Positions 1-14,277 of a stretch of 64,000 nt of DNA are shown here, one piece after another. Source of the DNA: Camelus ferus (Eukaryota); NCBI RefSeq assembly GCF_009834535.1, contig NC_045696.1:62250001-62314000 (forward strand). The letters run 5' to 3'. The translations under genes were made by a program, and so were the position numbers. The notes under the pieces were generated by a model, which had not been told where the DNA came from, did no database searches, and saw nothing but the letters and a program-made list of their open reading frames with translations. The number at the start of each line of letters is the position of its first letter. Position 1 is the first letter of the stretch.

Positions 1-591
1 TGGGAATAGACACAACTGCAGTTTCATTCCTGCAGCCAGGTTTTTTTTTCCCCCCATAAAATGGCCATGTCCCTTTAAGTCCCTGCCGGTCTCCTCTCTT
101 GGATCCGCTGTAGGTTAAATAAATCAACTGACCAGACTTTTCTCACTGGGGGTTCTGGGCTGGAAATTCCTCCTACTTGTGTTCAGAACAAAGAGCAGTT
201 AAGAAGGGATTAACTTTTCCCTCTGTTGGTTTCTCCCTTCTTTCTCAGAATAATTCCCTTTCTAACTCAGGGATTTGGGTTCCTCTTGGAGTCATGCTTC
301 TTTCCTGGCTCTTTATTGACTGTCTGTAGAGCTGCAGAAAGTTTCCCGGCTGCTTTGGTCTTCCCTGCACCCGAAGTGGGGGCAAGTGTCTCTCTGCATG
401 GATTTCACAGCATGGCTTCTTGCACCCCTGACTCTTGGATTCATCCCTTTCTCTCTGGGACTGGCCCTCTGAAATCCCAAATAACATTCTATTGATAATG
501 TTATTTCCCAAAGCAGTCTTCTCTTCTGGGAAAAGAATATGTTCCTCAACTTATACATATATTCTGGTTCTCATTAAAATCCGAAAGCAAA

Positions 592-750
592 GGGTGGCAG
601 AGAGCATCGTTTGGGAGTTAAGATTTCTGGGTTCTCATCCTACCTCTGACATTATTAACTAGTGTGTGATCTTGAGAAAGTCATTTCTCTTGGCTGAGTC
701 TTACAGTCTCCTCTGTAACATAAGAGGTTCCTTCTAGTGCTAATGTTCTC
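592..750 (+). mobile_element. MIR-family SINE fragment
   Basis: MIR core-like 'ctgggttctcatcctacctctgac...tgtgtgatcttgagaaagtcattt'. Confidence 0.65.
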
Positions 751-2256
751 ATGTTTATATTAAATAGTCTTGCAATCCTCATGACACTTGATCATCATAA
801 ATATGCACAGATGAAGACTTAACCTGGTGACCAAGGTGATTATAACAATGAGCAGGATCCTGAAGCACCTGTCCTCAGCAGCCAGTTACCCGAGTCTAGA
901 TCTTGCTCTATCTGTGCCCTTTATGGGAAAGGATCTAACAGATTAATGGAGCCCAGTGATAACTTGGACCAGACTCAGAATCAGACCAGAGGCCTGTTAT
1001 CCCAGGGTCTATGCTGTTCCATTTTTATTCCCAAAAGTGGCCCTGGGTTTTTCTGTGGTCTCATGCTAAATAGAGGTCTGAACTAGAATCAGCTTGTGCC
1101 TGGGATACAGTCAGGGTGGGGTGGGGGCAGGGCTCAAGACAGACCACCATAGGCCTCTTTCAGTTCTGTTAGGGCTCTGCAGACTGAGGTACTGCTCCCA
1201 GCAGCCCTGGGACTGTTCCACATCAGGCTCACTTTTCCCTGCCCCCAGCATGGCCTAAAAGGCAGGTTGGGCCGTGCTGGGAACGAGTGATGTTTGCACT
1301 CAGCCACAGTATCACTCAGCAGCCACGTGTCACTGACTTCAGCTTTCTAAAAACCTGGAAAGAAATCTGCTCTTCAAACAAATGTGAAATATTTGCAAGT
1401 TTTCAAAAAGGAGCTGGGTCTGTTTTCCAGAGGAGAAAAAAAGGGAGCTGTAAATGTGGTAATTAGAAACAGACATTTCTTCCATTCTTTTAAAGCAACA
1501 AAGAAGTTATAAGGCTTGCAGATCAGACCTATCAGACCTCTCTGTGAGAAGGACACTTTGGAGACACATGAAGTTGGCAAACAAATTCAGGAAAGCAGGC
1601 TCTGCCTCAGCAGGGAAGCTGCAGACCTGCAGCAGCCAAGATGTCTTTTCTGGAGCATGGTTGTGCCCAGTAAACACAGTTGCCTACAGGATTGGCCCAG
1701 GGCGCATGTTTTGGGGATGGGTAGGAAGGGTGGATGTGACGGAGGAGGAAAACAGCCTTGAGATGGACGCTTCAGGTTGTCATGGAATTCTCAAGAAGAA
1801 GATGCCACAGTCTTCTGTTGTCCCTATGTCGGTGTGAGAAGGTTGTGTCCTGGGTCTAATCTCAGTTGTCCCCACTCCCCAGTACTGCTGTCAGACTGTT
1901 CACTTTCATCTAGGCTCCCTCAATGGAGAGAATGAAGAGTGAATCATGACTGCCTCCCACAGTCACACAGCCCTGGCTCTACTAGAAATATGCCAAATGG
2001 GAAACTGGTTGCTAAAACTTACTTGGCCAGATTTGTTTGTATGTTATTGTTTTATGACCTCCAAAAATCTGATTAACCGAGGTAGCATTGGAACAAGTGT
2101 CTCTACTTTTCACCCTATAGATATAGCTTCCTTTTGGCTTTATTTGACTTAAAGTGTGACTATGTTAAGTTTTATCCAAATATTAAATTAATAGTTGTTA
2201 TGCAAGCCAAACTTATACTCGTTAATTTTGCTCATGTTTAAAACATGATTCACATC

Positions 2257-2430
2257 CATGGCTGCATGTTGGTATAACCAGGGAAGCTTTATAAAAATTC
2301 CCATGCCTGAGGCCCACCTCCAGAAAATCTATTTTAATTGATTTGGAGTGGGGCCTGGGCATTGATTTTTTTTTTTTTTTTAAGCTCCCCAGATGATTCT
2401 AATTGCAGCCAGGATTGAGAACTATTGTTC
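2257..2430. mobile_element. MER5A-like hAT-Charlie non-autonomous DNA transposon
   Basis: 'ggagtggggcctgggcatt...aagctccccagatgattctaattgcagccaggattgagaacta' matches recalled MER5A. Confidence 0.8.
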
Positions 2431-4607
2431 TGAATGATGCCTGAGAAATGTGCTAATTTAGTGGAGGGAAAACAGTCAAATAAGATCTTAGTTTGAATTG
2501 GCTGGATTGTTTTGTCAGCGTTCAGCTCAGTATCTGGATAGGAACAAAGCCAAAATTTCAGTGCAATTATGTAAGTTTTGGAGGGTAAGCCACGTCTCCT
2601 AAAACTGACTTATTACTGTATCTATATCTCCTCTAGAGCAATAATTTGGAAATACAGTTTCAGAAAAATCTCATGTTTTGTGAATATAATTGGAGTCCCT
2701 TAATATTCAATAATAATCACTCCATGATCTGAATGGATAGGAGACAATAATAAAGAACTCTCATATTTAAAAAATAATCTGCACTGGAAATGTTTCTCGT
2801 AATAGCAATTAATAATGAGCCAAACAGCACAGATTTATATTGCCTTGAATTTTGAGACATCACTTTGGTGATTTACGATGACTAGAGGTTCAAGTTGCTA
2901 TCTCTTGCCCCACAGATGAACTTCTGGTTCAATGTGTCTGAAGGCGGAGTGGGGAAGACAATTCAGATAGCAGAGCAGAATTAAACAAAGGACAATCACT
3001 GAATAGGCGAATTTGAGCTCATTAGTGGGCTGGGACTGATCACCTCCCAGCGGGATGATTCAGGAGCCACATGGTTGGAGCCTTTGTTTTCCCTTCTCTG
3101 GGAAAGACAGGTCCATTAGATCTCCTTCTGCCTTAGAGCTTAATTCGTTTTTTGTTTTTTTCTTGACACCGTGGAAGGGATAGTACATTCCAAAAGTTAG
3201 AGGACAGCTAAGGGAAATTTGTCCTCTTTATAGAATATCATTAAGCATATGGTGCCTCAGGGGAATGGGGAAGGCCACTAACAGACAGGAGCCAAGAGAG
3301 GAATTAGCTCATAGTAGAGAAGGCTTTTGAGAGCAGCTGGGCTAGATACAGGAAGAGCTGCCAGGTAGAGACTCAAGCTTGGGAATGAAAACTCAGGTCT
3401 CATCATGTTTTTAAAGATTTGTCATCTTTTGAATTGGTAAGTATAGAGTGAGGCCCTCAGAAAGGAGATGCATTAAATTCACTGAGGACCAAAACCCCCA
3501 AAGCTTCAGTACATGGGGCCATTCCCCTGGAACGATTCCAGGGCTGGTGTCTGGCTGCCCACAACCAACATCGGGGATCCCAAGCCTCGGTGTAAGAATA
3601 CAGGCTGAAATACTCAGGGGGTTACCTGATCCCATATTTGCAGAGGCCAGAAGCTACCATTTAAGGCTTGAATAGTGCTCCCTTTACAAGTAAATGACAA
3701 CCTGGAGAGAGGAATAGTAAGCTAAGGGCTTCACATTTTCTAACTGACTTTCTATTCAAAGAGACTCAGAGTAACTATCACCCCTATCAAGCTCTCACTC
3801 AGCCTCCTGGTGGAAAGGGACCCACTGTGGTCCCTGAATGATGCTCAGTCACGCCCCTGGCTTAGCCTGGTCTCCCTTCCGCAGGTCTCTGTCTTCAGTG
3901 GGATGAGAAAGACTTTGGCAGAGGATTTTAGGCTGTGAATAAGCCAAGTGCATCTGACTGGCAGGGTAGACAACAACAAAAAGATAAGGTGGAGAAAAGG
4001 CCTGCATAATTGTGGACTGAGGCAAAACTTTGAGACTGAATCCTGGGGAGGTCCTGTTACTCATGGCCCTTGCCTCATGGTTGTGGATTAGATATAAACA
4101 TCTACCTGTACTGGAGGCTGAATTCAACTCCTTTACCAAATATGCAAAAGATCAGTATCTGTTACATAGATCTCTATCTGCCAGTCTGTCTCCTTCTACA
4201 ACCCCTGACCTGCTCCATACAGGGCAAACCACCTCTCCTCCGGTGCTCCCTAAGTAGTGCCTTGCATTGGTGTTACTGAGCTTGTTCCTTGGACTATGTT
4301 GGCAGGGAAAGCAAATCTCCCAGGCTCTGATGGACCAGTGACTTACTTATTCAGCATCCTCATCAGTGGAAGGCTCACAGTGAATGTCTATTGAATGAAC
4401 CTGTGTGTCTATGCATTCATTCCATCTATCATTTCTAATAAACATTGAAAGTCAAACAGAGAACTAGGTATCCAGTAATAATAAAGTAGAAGTATAAGGT
4501 TGAAACATACTATTAAACCCTTCACTGCAAGTTAAATTCTCTCTCTCTGCCTACATCACCTCACTCTCCACATCTGCAAAGGAGGAAGTACAGGGGACAG
4601 GTCTTGG

Positions 4608-4750
4608 CTGAGCACCCAGAGGACTTGGATCAAGAGTCAGGGGAGCTGTCTTCTGTCTAACTGACCGTGTGACCTGGGGCAAGTCCCCTCCTATGGAATG
4701 AAAAGTTTATGCTAGATGACCTCCCAAGGTCCTTAAACTTCTGTCATTTT
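4608..4750 (+). mobile_element. MIR/MIR3 fragment
   Basis: 'ctaactgaccgtgtgacctggggcaagtcc...ctagatgacctcccaaggtcctt'. Confidence 0.6.
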
Positions 4751-4790
4751 GTCATTTTATGCAGCTAACACCATAATCCCAAGGTATGTC

Positions 4791-4815
4791 TTATGGCTGA
4801 ATAATATTCCATTGT

Positions 4816-4853
<38 letters not shown>

Positions 4854-4870
4854 ATATATCCCACAACTTC

Positions 4871-4871
<1 letters not shown>
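4791..4871 (-). mobile_element. Short L1 3' fragment containing a (TG)n tract
   Basis: 'ttatggctgaataatattccattgtg...tatatatcccacaacttcttt' is the typical antisense L1 3' motif. Confidence 0.65.
4813..4849. repeat. (TG)n microsatellite
   Basis: Direct observation; one interruption. Confidence 0.97.

Positions 4872-4938
<67 letters not shown>
4872..4938. repeat. (TTA)n microsatellite, about 22 perfect units
   Basis: Direct observation. Confidence 0.98.
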
Positions 4939-4939
<1 letters not shown>

Positions 4940-5454
4940 ATACCTTTTGACTCCAAGGTATTGGAGGAAAGACTGTACCATGGTTTGAAGGGCAGAGGAC
5001 ACAGTAGAGAATGCACCAGCCCGGCCTTTACCCAGCAGCCCTCAGGCCTGGAGGACCCAAGTGAGGTTCAGCTTGAAAACACTCAGTGTCACACATGCCA
5101 GACCACAGTTGCACAAAATAGGAGAGATCTTGTTAGGAAATGACCACAGCCCCCTGGAACTGTGGAAAACATTGCCTCAGACAGAAAGGACATTTCTAGT
5201 GGGGGAAAAAAATCAGCAGCATTGTGTTTGCTAATGCAGTCTCCCAGGCAGTTCTCAGCGAATCCTGCCTACGCAGGTCCCTGGCTCTGGGGCAGTTCTT
5301 TTCCGCCCGACACTGGTCCTGATGATAAATGCAGGCTCTCTCCTCTTCTGGCCCCAGCTGTCCCAGGAATCAGACTTGGAAGTTATTTTCAAATTCATCT
5401 TCAGGCTGCCTTTCAAATGCTTCTTCCAGAGGCAAAAATCACAAAATGCGTTCA

Positions 5455-5620
5455 TTAGAATGGGTTTCAGAGATCATCTCGTGATCCTAATTTAATTGCC
5501 TGTCCATGAAGAAGCATAATGTCTCAGCTAGGGAAGTGCCTTGCTCAAGGTCACACAGAGAAGTCCAGGAGGAAGGAGTCCTGATGCTCATTCCAGGCTC
5601 TTTTCATTTCCACACTGCCT
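5455..5620 (-). mobile_element. MIR-family SINE
   Basis: 'gggaagtgccttgctcaaggtcacacag...cacactgcctc', antisense MIR core. Confidence 0.65.
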
Positions 5621-6577
5621 CGAGCCACGGGGCCAGTTCTCTGCTACCTTCTCACAGCAGCTATTTCCAAACCAACCAACCTGCCAACCAGGTAGCCAAC
5701 CTGCTTCCTATGAGCCTAGGACTGTGCACTCTGGGGCAAATTATTTTTTTTACTGTCCCAAAATGCAACAGTAAACACTCACCTTTTGGCATAGAGTAGG
5801 GCTGGTCTGCATGGTTGTGTCTTCTTTTGATCTCTGGAACTGAAACTTAGAGTTCCACTTATTCCTTGAAAAACTTCTAGAGTTAGTTAGAAAGAGTTGC
5901 ACATTTTCAAGTGAGTCATATCCCAGTTCTGGGGCAGGGTGGCTTAGGCAGGGAGCAGCACCAGGCAGAGAGGAGGCCCCAGCCAGCACAGGTACAAACC
6001 CAGTGCCCGCCCTAGCCCAGCCTCCTCTGTCAGCCGCAGCCACGCCACTTCTTCCTGAGTTTCCTAGGCTGGACCAAGTGCAGCCCTTGCCCAGTCGATG
6101 CCCCTCCTGCTAACTCACTCAAGATGATAATAGCTCCTTTCCTTCTTAGGCCACCATAGACAAGACTAGAGTTTTTTTAATATAAATATATTAAATAATA
6201 TAATGGACAACATAGACATTTATACATATATATACTTCATATGTTTATAAATGCACCATAAAGAGATTTAAGAAGACATTTTTTGAATTGCTTATTCACA
6301 GATATCTCTTGGAAGTTCTTTGCTGTTCATCTTATTGCAGTCCAGACAGATCTAGTGCAATCTGTTCTCTTTTAATTTGCTGCTACATCATAGGAAATGG
6401 TCTGTGGTCGGAAATGATCCATTTTAAGGGGAAATATTTACTAAAATAAAATAGAAAGTACACAAAACCAGATGTGATAACATTTATAGATTAGAGATTT
6501 ATAAAATAAAATTTAAAACATATTTATGGTAGAAAACTTGAAAAATACTTTTTAAGAATCCTCAATCCCACCACTTA

Positions 6578-6890
6578 GCATGGTGCCATCTAATACGGCA
6601 GCACTAGCCACATGTTGCTATGAACATTTGAAATGAGAAAATCTGAATTGAGAGGTGCTGTAGGTGTAAAACACAGCTTGGATTTTAAAGATTTAGTACA
6701 AAGAAAAGGGATAAAACCTATCATTAATAACTGAAAAATACTTATGTACTTGAAAGTATATTTTGGACACATTAGATTAAATAAAAGATGTTATCGAAAT
6801 TAATTTTACCTGTTTTTTTAATGTAGCTACTAAGAACCTTAAAATGACACATGTGACTCACATTATGCTTCTACCCGACAACTAGACCTA
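6578..6890. mobile_element. MER33-like hAT-Charlie element, apparently inserted in an old antisense L1M fragment
   Basis: 'gcactagccacatgttgctatgaacatttgaaatg...aatgtagctactaagaaccttaaaatgacacatgtgactcacatta'; flanks 'aatcccaccact' and 'ctgctaacattttggtgt' are L1ME-like. Confidence 0.75.
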
Positions 6891-7644
6891 GAGAAGACCC
6901 TGCTAACATTTTGGTGTGTTTCCCCCATTGTGTGTGTGTATGTATTTGAGGAATCCAGCGTCTGGTTAAAAACCCATGTGTGATTTTCCAGGCCCAACCC
7001 TAGGTGAGGCTTTCCCTGGCAGGCCACCCCAGGAAAGCTGCCCTCCCTGCACTGGCTTCGGCATCCAGTCTCAGGAGAGAGTCGCAGCCTAGTCTCAGGC
7101 CCCCTGGCCAGTCATGCCCGTCACGTATGTACACCCCTAGCTCCCGAGTCTTCATCCCTAGGTCTCTTTATCTGAGTCCTTGGGCAGAGGGCTTCCAGGC
7201 ACCTATGCTGAGACTTCCATATAGAGGAAGGAGGGAGAACCTTGATGCTTCTCCCTGCTGCTACCCAGTACCCAGCACCCTTCCACCCTCCGGCCTTCCC
7301 TCTCCCTATGCTAGGGTCTGTAAAGCTACCAGAGCCTCTTATTCAGGACCCCTCAACACTGAGATCACCCCACATCTGTGCTGACCCATCTGCCCTCCAC
7401 CGAGGTGTCTTTTGACCAGGAAAATGGAACAGGAGGGAGTGGGCACCTTCTCCAGGTGTAGCCTCACGCTTATACTATCACAGCAAGTGAGTAGAGGCTT
7501 CTCTGTTACTTTCATTTTGGCTCATGGTTGCTTCAGTCAGCTCTCTGACACCTGACAGCTCAGCTCTATTCTAGCTTAGCTGAGCTCCTGACAGTAATTT
7601 TTTAAAAATAAAATGGGGATCTTACTGAAATACTGATTTTTTAT

Positions 7645-8105
7645 CTGGGTCAGTCAGGGTCCCAACAGGAGACAAACAGCATTGTCAAATTGGGATAATT
7701 CAGGGAGGTCTTATTTGTAAGGGGGATTAAATAATAACAAAGACATGGTTGGCGTGTGAGAGAACCACAAAGGATAGTTCAGAAACCCAGGGTTAACAGA
7801 GCAGAGCTGCTACTATCCCTAAGTCTGATGGGCTAGGAGGGAGGGAGATTCCCAGAATCAGGCAAGAGAGAACTGTGCAGAGTTGGGATGCACTGAAAGG
7901 AAGGAAACAGCCAGAATAAGGCCATGTCATAGGATGGAGCTGGGGGAATAAGTACCCGACATCCCTCTCCTCCTTCCCTCTAGCTGAGGTTCTCCTTTGG
8001 CCGAAACCTATGAGAAGCCAGAAGACATGGAACCCCTGTGGCTGTGGTCCTCTCTCAGTGCAGAAAGCAGCATGGACAAGGGAGAGTGAATCTAGAGAGG
8101 CAAAT
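7645..8105 (-). mobile_element. ERVL solo LTR, LTR33-like
   Basis: Begins 'gtcagtcagggtcccaacaggagaca' and ends 'gggagagtgaatctagagaggcaaa', matching the antisense of recalled LTR33 termini. Confidence 0.65.
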
Positions 8106-9439
8106 CACTATGGCACTTTCCTCGAGTACCATTGCCTTGTGGCATAGCCTGTAAACCCGATTTCCTTCCTAATGTAACCAGTGTCTAGTCCTAATGCCTG
8201 CACTGACTGAGTGGGCACAATTTACAGGACACCCAACCCCAATACCTCAATCCTGCTTGGGTTTCTAGCCTGGGCTACCCCAGGCTACACACTCACACTG
8301 TACACTCAGAGTGTACCATTTGATGCTCTGTGTGTGTGCACACACACATGCATGCGCGTGCAAATGTGCATGTGATAGAATCTCAGTCCCTCCCAGAACA
8401 TGCTTCCTTCAATATTAGCCCTGGGTAGGAACCCCCCAGGGCTTGCATGCCTATGGCTTTGCAGAGGTGACCCATCTCTGGTAGGCCAGTTCCTTTGAAT
8501 CCTGCCCTGGTTCCCACTTCCTACCCTCAGCCTCTTCTTTCTTTACCTTGTCCCACATCTCTCACCCACTGACCCCTCTCCAGTACTATTACTTCTTGCT
8601 GGCCAAACACAAGTGACTGGTGCCCTCCTATATACCACTAAAAGAGGGGTCTCGGAAGAGTGGGAGATATTCCTAGGCTAAGATGTTCACAATGAAGTGA
8701 GTGCCCAGGGACAGTATGCAGAACTCTCCACTTTCTAATTGAATCTTCAATTGTCTAGTCCAAGTTTGCTGGGGAATTAGATGAAGAAGTTACCCAGGGT
8801 GAAAAATTCCAGAGCTGAGGGTCTGGGAACATGGCAGGGAGAGGACTGGACGCGAGAAGACAGGGTTGACCTTCTTTTATCATTTGTCTATAGAGCCAAG
8901 GGATGCTGAGTTGAAGCTGAGACCTGCCAGATGCCAGGCAAGGGTTTCTAGGGTCAGCTAGGGGAGCTGTGTCCAGGCTCATGGTCAAAGAGGATTATTT
9001 GAAGAGGAAGTGGGAGCCCAAGGGAAGACTGTAGAAAATATCGAGAGATGGTATTGTCACGGCAGGGATGTGGCAAGCAGAAGGGAGTCGTTTTCTAGAA
9101 CAGGAAACAATCTGTTGCAGGGATTATTATACCTCCAAAGGAAGAAAAGACAATTTAAGTTTTGGGGGAGAAGGTAATTTGAATACAAATTGATGAGGAT
9201 GACTTCTGAAGGAGCACTCATTCCATGCTTGTCAAGGCCCTAAAAATGCAGGAGGACCCACACCCAGCAGGAGCAAGCCCAAGGGGCAAAGATGCCTTTC
9301 TGGCTGGGGAGGAGGTGAGTGAGCAGCGGTGATGTCCTCTAAGCACTATGTGTGGCACAAAGAGGGCACACTGATGCCAGCTGACTGTCAGTGTCTGCAC
9401 AGTCACCTGATGTCCACTTCAGATGCATTTTTATATGCT

Positions 9440-9770
9440 TTCATTCATCCCCTCATTCATTCACAGGTCAAAAAAAATGTTTAATGGAGCCCTTTGCTCT
9501 GTGCTGAGTGCAGCACTAGGCACTGAGAGACATGAAAGAAGAAATCAGGGTTTCCACTATCAGGGAGCCAACAGTGTAGTGGAGGAAGCAAGCCAACATT
9601 TCTGAGTTTCCAATGCATTAAAGGGCTGGGACTGGGAGGCGGTAAGTTTGACAGTATAAGGTTTAGGGAGGAGTGAAGAAGACTTCACTTAGAAGTGGAG
9701 GGCTGAGGGAAAGAAGCAGAGACTGGGAGAAGGAGGAGGAGAATGAGAAAATTTATCAGGCAGGCAAGTA
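9440..9770 (-). mobile_element. L2 LINE 3' fragment
   Basis: 'ttcattcattca...atgtttaatggagcc...gcactaggcactgagagaca', antisense L2 tail. Confidence 0.7.
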
Positions 9771-12700
9771 TTCCTTGACCCCCTCCCACTAAAAATGGAA
9801 TGCAAGCATAAGGATGTACTAATTTGTCTTGTGAATCCTGACACAGAATTTTCCTCTTAGATTTACCTAGGAAGGTGGAATCTACACATTAGGTTTTCCA
9901 TGGATAAGGATGAGGGGCCCTGAGATTCCTTTGTATTCCCAACTCCTCCAGGGCCTGGCTATTGGTCAGCTGCTGAAGAGTGGACAGATCTGAGGAATCG
10001 CTAATCATGGAAAGCTGTGAAAAGATGCCTGGGTGAGGAGTCACGTTTCCAAGTCAGAGAGACTGAGAAACTGCCAACGGCAGCTCAGGGCCTTTTTAAA
10101 ATGTTCCTGGATGAGAACCAGAGAAGCTGATCCCATTGAGCCCCCAGGCTTGTGGGACCTCTTGGTTGGAAAGCCTTTGCTTCTGTCTCCCTTTGTCCAG
10201 CCTCACCCTCCGGTTTACACTCAGCTTTGTCTCCTGCACTTGGGAAGTCTGCTCCTCCAGAATGGGGCTCAGTGCACCTCCCATTCCTACCCTTCCATCC
10301 TGTCATGACCCATTTCCCAGATTTCTGGCAAAACACCTTCCTCTATGGCCAACCTAGAAGGGCTCCAGCTTCCACGTCGGTCAAGCCCAGGGGAGTCTGG
10401 ACACAACAGGAAAAACAGCTTCTATAAAGCACTCACCTTTTCTAGCTTACCCTACTATTCTCTTCCTCACAGGACCGGACCCTCTGGCCCTCCTGTCAAT
10501 CACTGCTGGCCCTTTGAGAGCCTGCCATTCCAGAACTCATTCTGTCAGCCACAGGCTTACTATAACCAGTAACCTCCAGCAGAAAGAATGTAAAATTATA
10601 ACATGCACATGGAACCTGCTGTGATGAGAGTGAGCAGAGATGATGCTTAACCTGAGATCTCCCAAACGAACTGTGTACCAGGTACAGGCTGACAGCCTGA
10701 GAGCTGTAGCCAAACCAAGGACAAGGATAGAGGCTATTTAAGGAGCCAAAGCAATGCAAGAATGGGAGAGGACTGATTAATCTATCAAGGGCTCATCTAC
10801 ACATCATCAAACAACTGTCTGTGTCTTGTTCTCCTCTGTGTCCCCTGGATAGGTCCTGTTTTCCGCATGCAAGACACTCAGTACTTATTTGTTGGATAAA
10901 CAAATGAATATGTGAATACTTAGACAGATTTGTCTCAAAGTGTCTGAGGTTTTGACTACCCTGATGAGATATTTGGGGGTCATAAAGACCCAGGCATTGA
11001 ATATTTCAATATATATTTAAGCGTCTGGAGCTCACATATTTCCTTGTTATTTTCACTCTAGGAAACTATGCACTACTGGGCAGAGGCAAGAAAAAAAAAT
11101 CTCTGCTGCTTGTTGATAAATGAGGAAAAGAAGAAATTGTGAGGGGTGTGTGTGCGTGCATGTGGCTGAGGACAGGGAAGAAGAAAAAGATCATTCATAA
11201 ATGGAAAATCTCAAGTTTTAAAGATTTTTCTTCATGAAGACTCCCCTGATCAGCACTTCTGAGGAGAACCCTGTCCCTGCTGTTTGTACTAGCTACCAAT
11301 CAGTCTTCAGGGGTCTGCTCTAAAGTTGTAGCTGGCGCCCACTTTCCCAGCACTAGGGCCTCCACGCAGACATCCTGGCCTCGTGCAGGAATGATGACAA
11401 CATCTAATTCCGTGGCTCTCTCATTGCAAGAAAGAATGTCCTAACTGTCCACCAGATGCCTGCTGTCCCCTCTTAGGGATGAGGGTGTGTCAGGTAATTC
11501 TATAATTAGGCCTAGACCTGCTGCAGAAAAGGTAGAAACCTTGTCTGGGCCCCATGGCTTAGTACCAGCCAGTGGAGTAGTAGATCCCACTTCCATCCTA
11601 AGAGGGCAAGGGTGTTGGAAAAGGAGGTAGGTGGCTAGAGCTGTATAGCAAAGATGCTTATTTAGAAGGGAAGAGATTGTTCCCTGTGACTCCAGTGGGC
11701 TGGCATTGGGTCTGGGGAGCAGCTTAAGTGGGGTGAATGCCGGCAAATCTGCCAGCTTCACAGAGATAGGACTTCTGCCTCCCAGCTGATGCGCAAGCAG
11801 GGGAAGCCAGGACTGCCACAGGAAATGGGACGTTCCTGGGGTGTGGCCCCCAGTGTGGTTGGTGGGGCTCACAGTTATGCTGCCTGAGAGAGGGGGGGCT
11901 CAGGGAGCATGCAGGAAGGCCGTGGCTAATGGGCTTAGAACTGGCCACATTTGAAAAGTCTCTTATTTCCCCAAATCACAAACTTTCCCTAAACAGTGAC
12001 ATGAAGCTGTTTATATTTCCAAGCAAAATATGAAATCTCTTGCTGACCAGATTTGAAGACAGATTGTAGACTTTCCTTCTCTTCAAGTCGGGGTGGGAGG
12101 GGAGAGAGACATTCAGAGAAACACACACAGGCAGACACAGCCATGATGAATTAGTCTTTCTGTGAAGTATTTGACCAAACACATGAAATTAATTGGAAAT
12201 CAGCCATCAGCCCTAATATCTGTTTATACCCAAGTGAAAAAAAAAAGGTCAGACTGTTAGGTTTCTGTTTTTCTGACATTTTAAATAGCATGAAATAAAA
12301 ATCCAACAGTGAGACAGCAAATGCTTTGTTTCTCTTAGCTGGGGGGTGGGGAGTGGGGAATAAAAATCTATCTCATACCCTTGTCAGTTAATAGATTGTA
12401 GTCGAATTGCCAGGCCGGAGAGTATCCTATTACATGAAAAGAAGCAGACGGGGTTTCCAGTTTATTACTAACCCCAGGATCAACTTCATAGTTTGGCTGA
12501 TGTTTTCTCTTTTCTTTTTTCTTTCTCCGTTGATGAAAATGAAAGTCCTTTGTGCACAATCTGCCTAAACTTTTAGAGTCATCTAATTGTTTTTAAGTCA
12601 CATGGTTCCTGTGGGGACACAGGATGGCACTTCTAAACGCATAATCCTAGGGGTAATAAAAACCTAGGTCTACTGATCAAAGGTAAACTGCCTGTTTACA

Positions 12701-14149
12701 ACCCTTCTTTCAAAGGCCTTTCCCATCTTCCTGACAGTTTTATAGAAGTCCTTCTCTTTTTCTTCAACCCAGATCAAAGATTTGGATGTGCAGGGTCTCC
12801 CCACCCCCAACCTGGCGCGGAAGGAAGGGATTACCCCAGGAATTAAAAACCTCAGTGAAGTGGGCTTACCCACCTCCCTAGGGGGTAGGGGCCATACCCG
12901 CAGCCTTTTCTTAATGATAGGAGCAGAGCCAAACAAAAGCAGGATAAACTCAGGGTGACTTCTCTCTGTTCTTGCCGCGCAGGAGATAATTTACTCCCTC
13001 TCCCAGTCTTCCAAGAGAAATTTCCTGATCTTTTGTGCACAGTTTTAATTAATATCTACAGGTTGCTAGAATCATGTTTGTTTATTGGTCAGTGATCTTC
13101 TGTTCCCTCCCACCCATGATAAACCCAGGCAACAGTCCCCATCCAGGGCACTGGAAGCTCCCCCTCAAACCCTGAGTCTGGGCATCAGTGAATAAGAGAG
13201 AGGTGGGAAGAAGCTTCAGGGTGTGTTGCATCCATTCAGTCCACAGCTTCATCCATTTGGTGATTTGTTTTCAATACCATCCTCTGCCCTTTCCTGGGCA
13301 CACCTGGATCTACTGGAGACCTTAGTGGTCAAGGTAAATTTCCTGGAAATAGCTTGAGGGCTGGACCCGCCTCTGTCCCTGGGGACTCAGTGCCTAATCC
13401 TATAAAGAGACATCAAGAGTGGGAACAGGAGAGCCATGAAGCTCCTCTTTTTTTGAGAACCACCAGACCCACCTTCCTTGCTCCTGTGCCGCTCTGACCC
13501 CAAACACCAGGGTTTGGTTAGGACAGACCCTCATGGCAGAGGTGTTGATAGGGGTCGAAACACACAGGTTCCCAAAACCATGGAATCTTTTTGTGTAAAG
13601 GGATTTGAGAGATCATGTAAGACCCCTCTGTGGTCTAGAGGAATCCTACAGAGAAGCAGGACAAGTCTGGCTCACCCAGAGTCACCCACCTAAGCCAGAT
13701 CCTGAAGCCAGATCTCCTGACTCAGGCCTCTGCTACCTTAAAGCTCAATTTAGGATACCCTTCAAAGGAATTAAACTCTTGGAGTGTTTGGTCCCTTGGG
13801 GACTACTAATTTGACTGGCTGTTCAGGATTTAATGACAGTGGGTATGGAGAATTGCATAGGGAGGTCTGTAACCCAGACATACTCTCTGAAACTGCCACT
13901 TCTAGAGAGAGAGGACCCTCTGCATTCTGGCCCCACCAGTCTCTCCACCCTCAGTTCCCTATTCCCAATAACTGCCTCTGCTCTGGCCAGATCCCTCTAC
14001 TCACTGCTCCTGCTTCCTCTCTTTGCACAGTCCCCTTTGCCCTGCCTGGGTGGCATTCTGCCCTGGTCTTCACTTAAGCAATTCCTATCCATTCTGTAAA
14101 GCCCATTTCAAGTCCCAGTCCTTCTCCCTCCTTTAGTAGTACTCATTAT

Positions 14150-14277
14150 CTACTCAAAATGCGGCCACAGACCTGCAGTATCAGCCCCACCCCAGAACTG
14201 CTTCATCAGAGCCTGCACTTTACAAGATACCCTGGTGATTGGTATGCACAAGCAGGTGTGAGACGTATGCTCTTAAC
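14150..14277. mobile_element. MER5B-like hAT element
   Basis: 'ctactcaaaatgcggccacagacc...tacaagataccctggtgattggtatgcaca'. Confidence 0.65.

Noticed and set aside
4749..5143. ORFs with poly-I/L/N and CV/HT runs
   Set aside because: These are read-throughs of the (TG)n and (TTA)n microsatellites.
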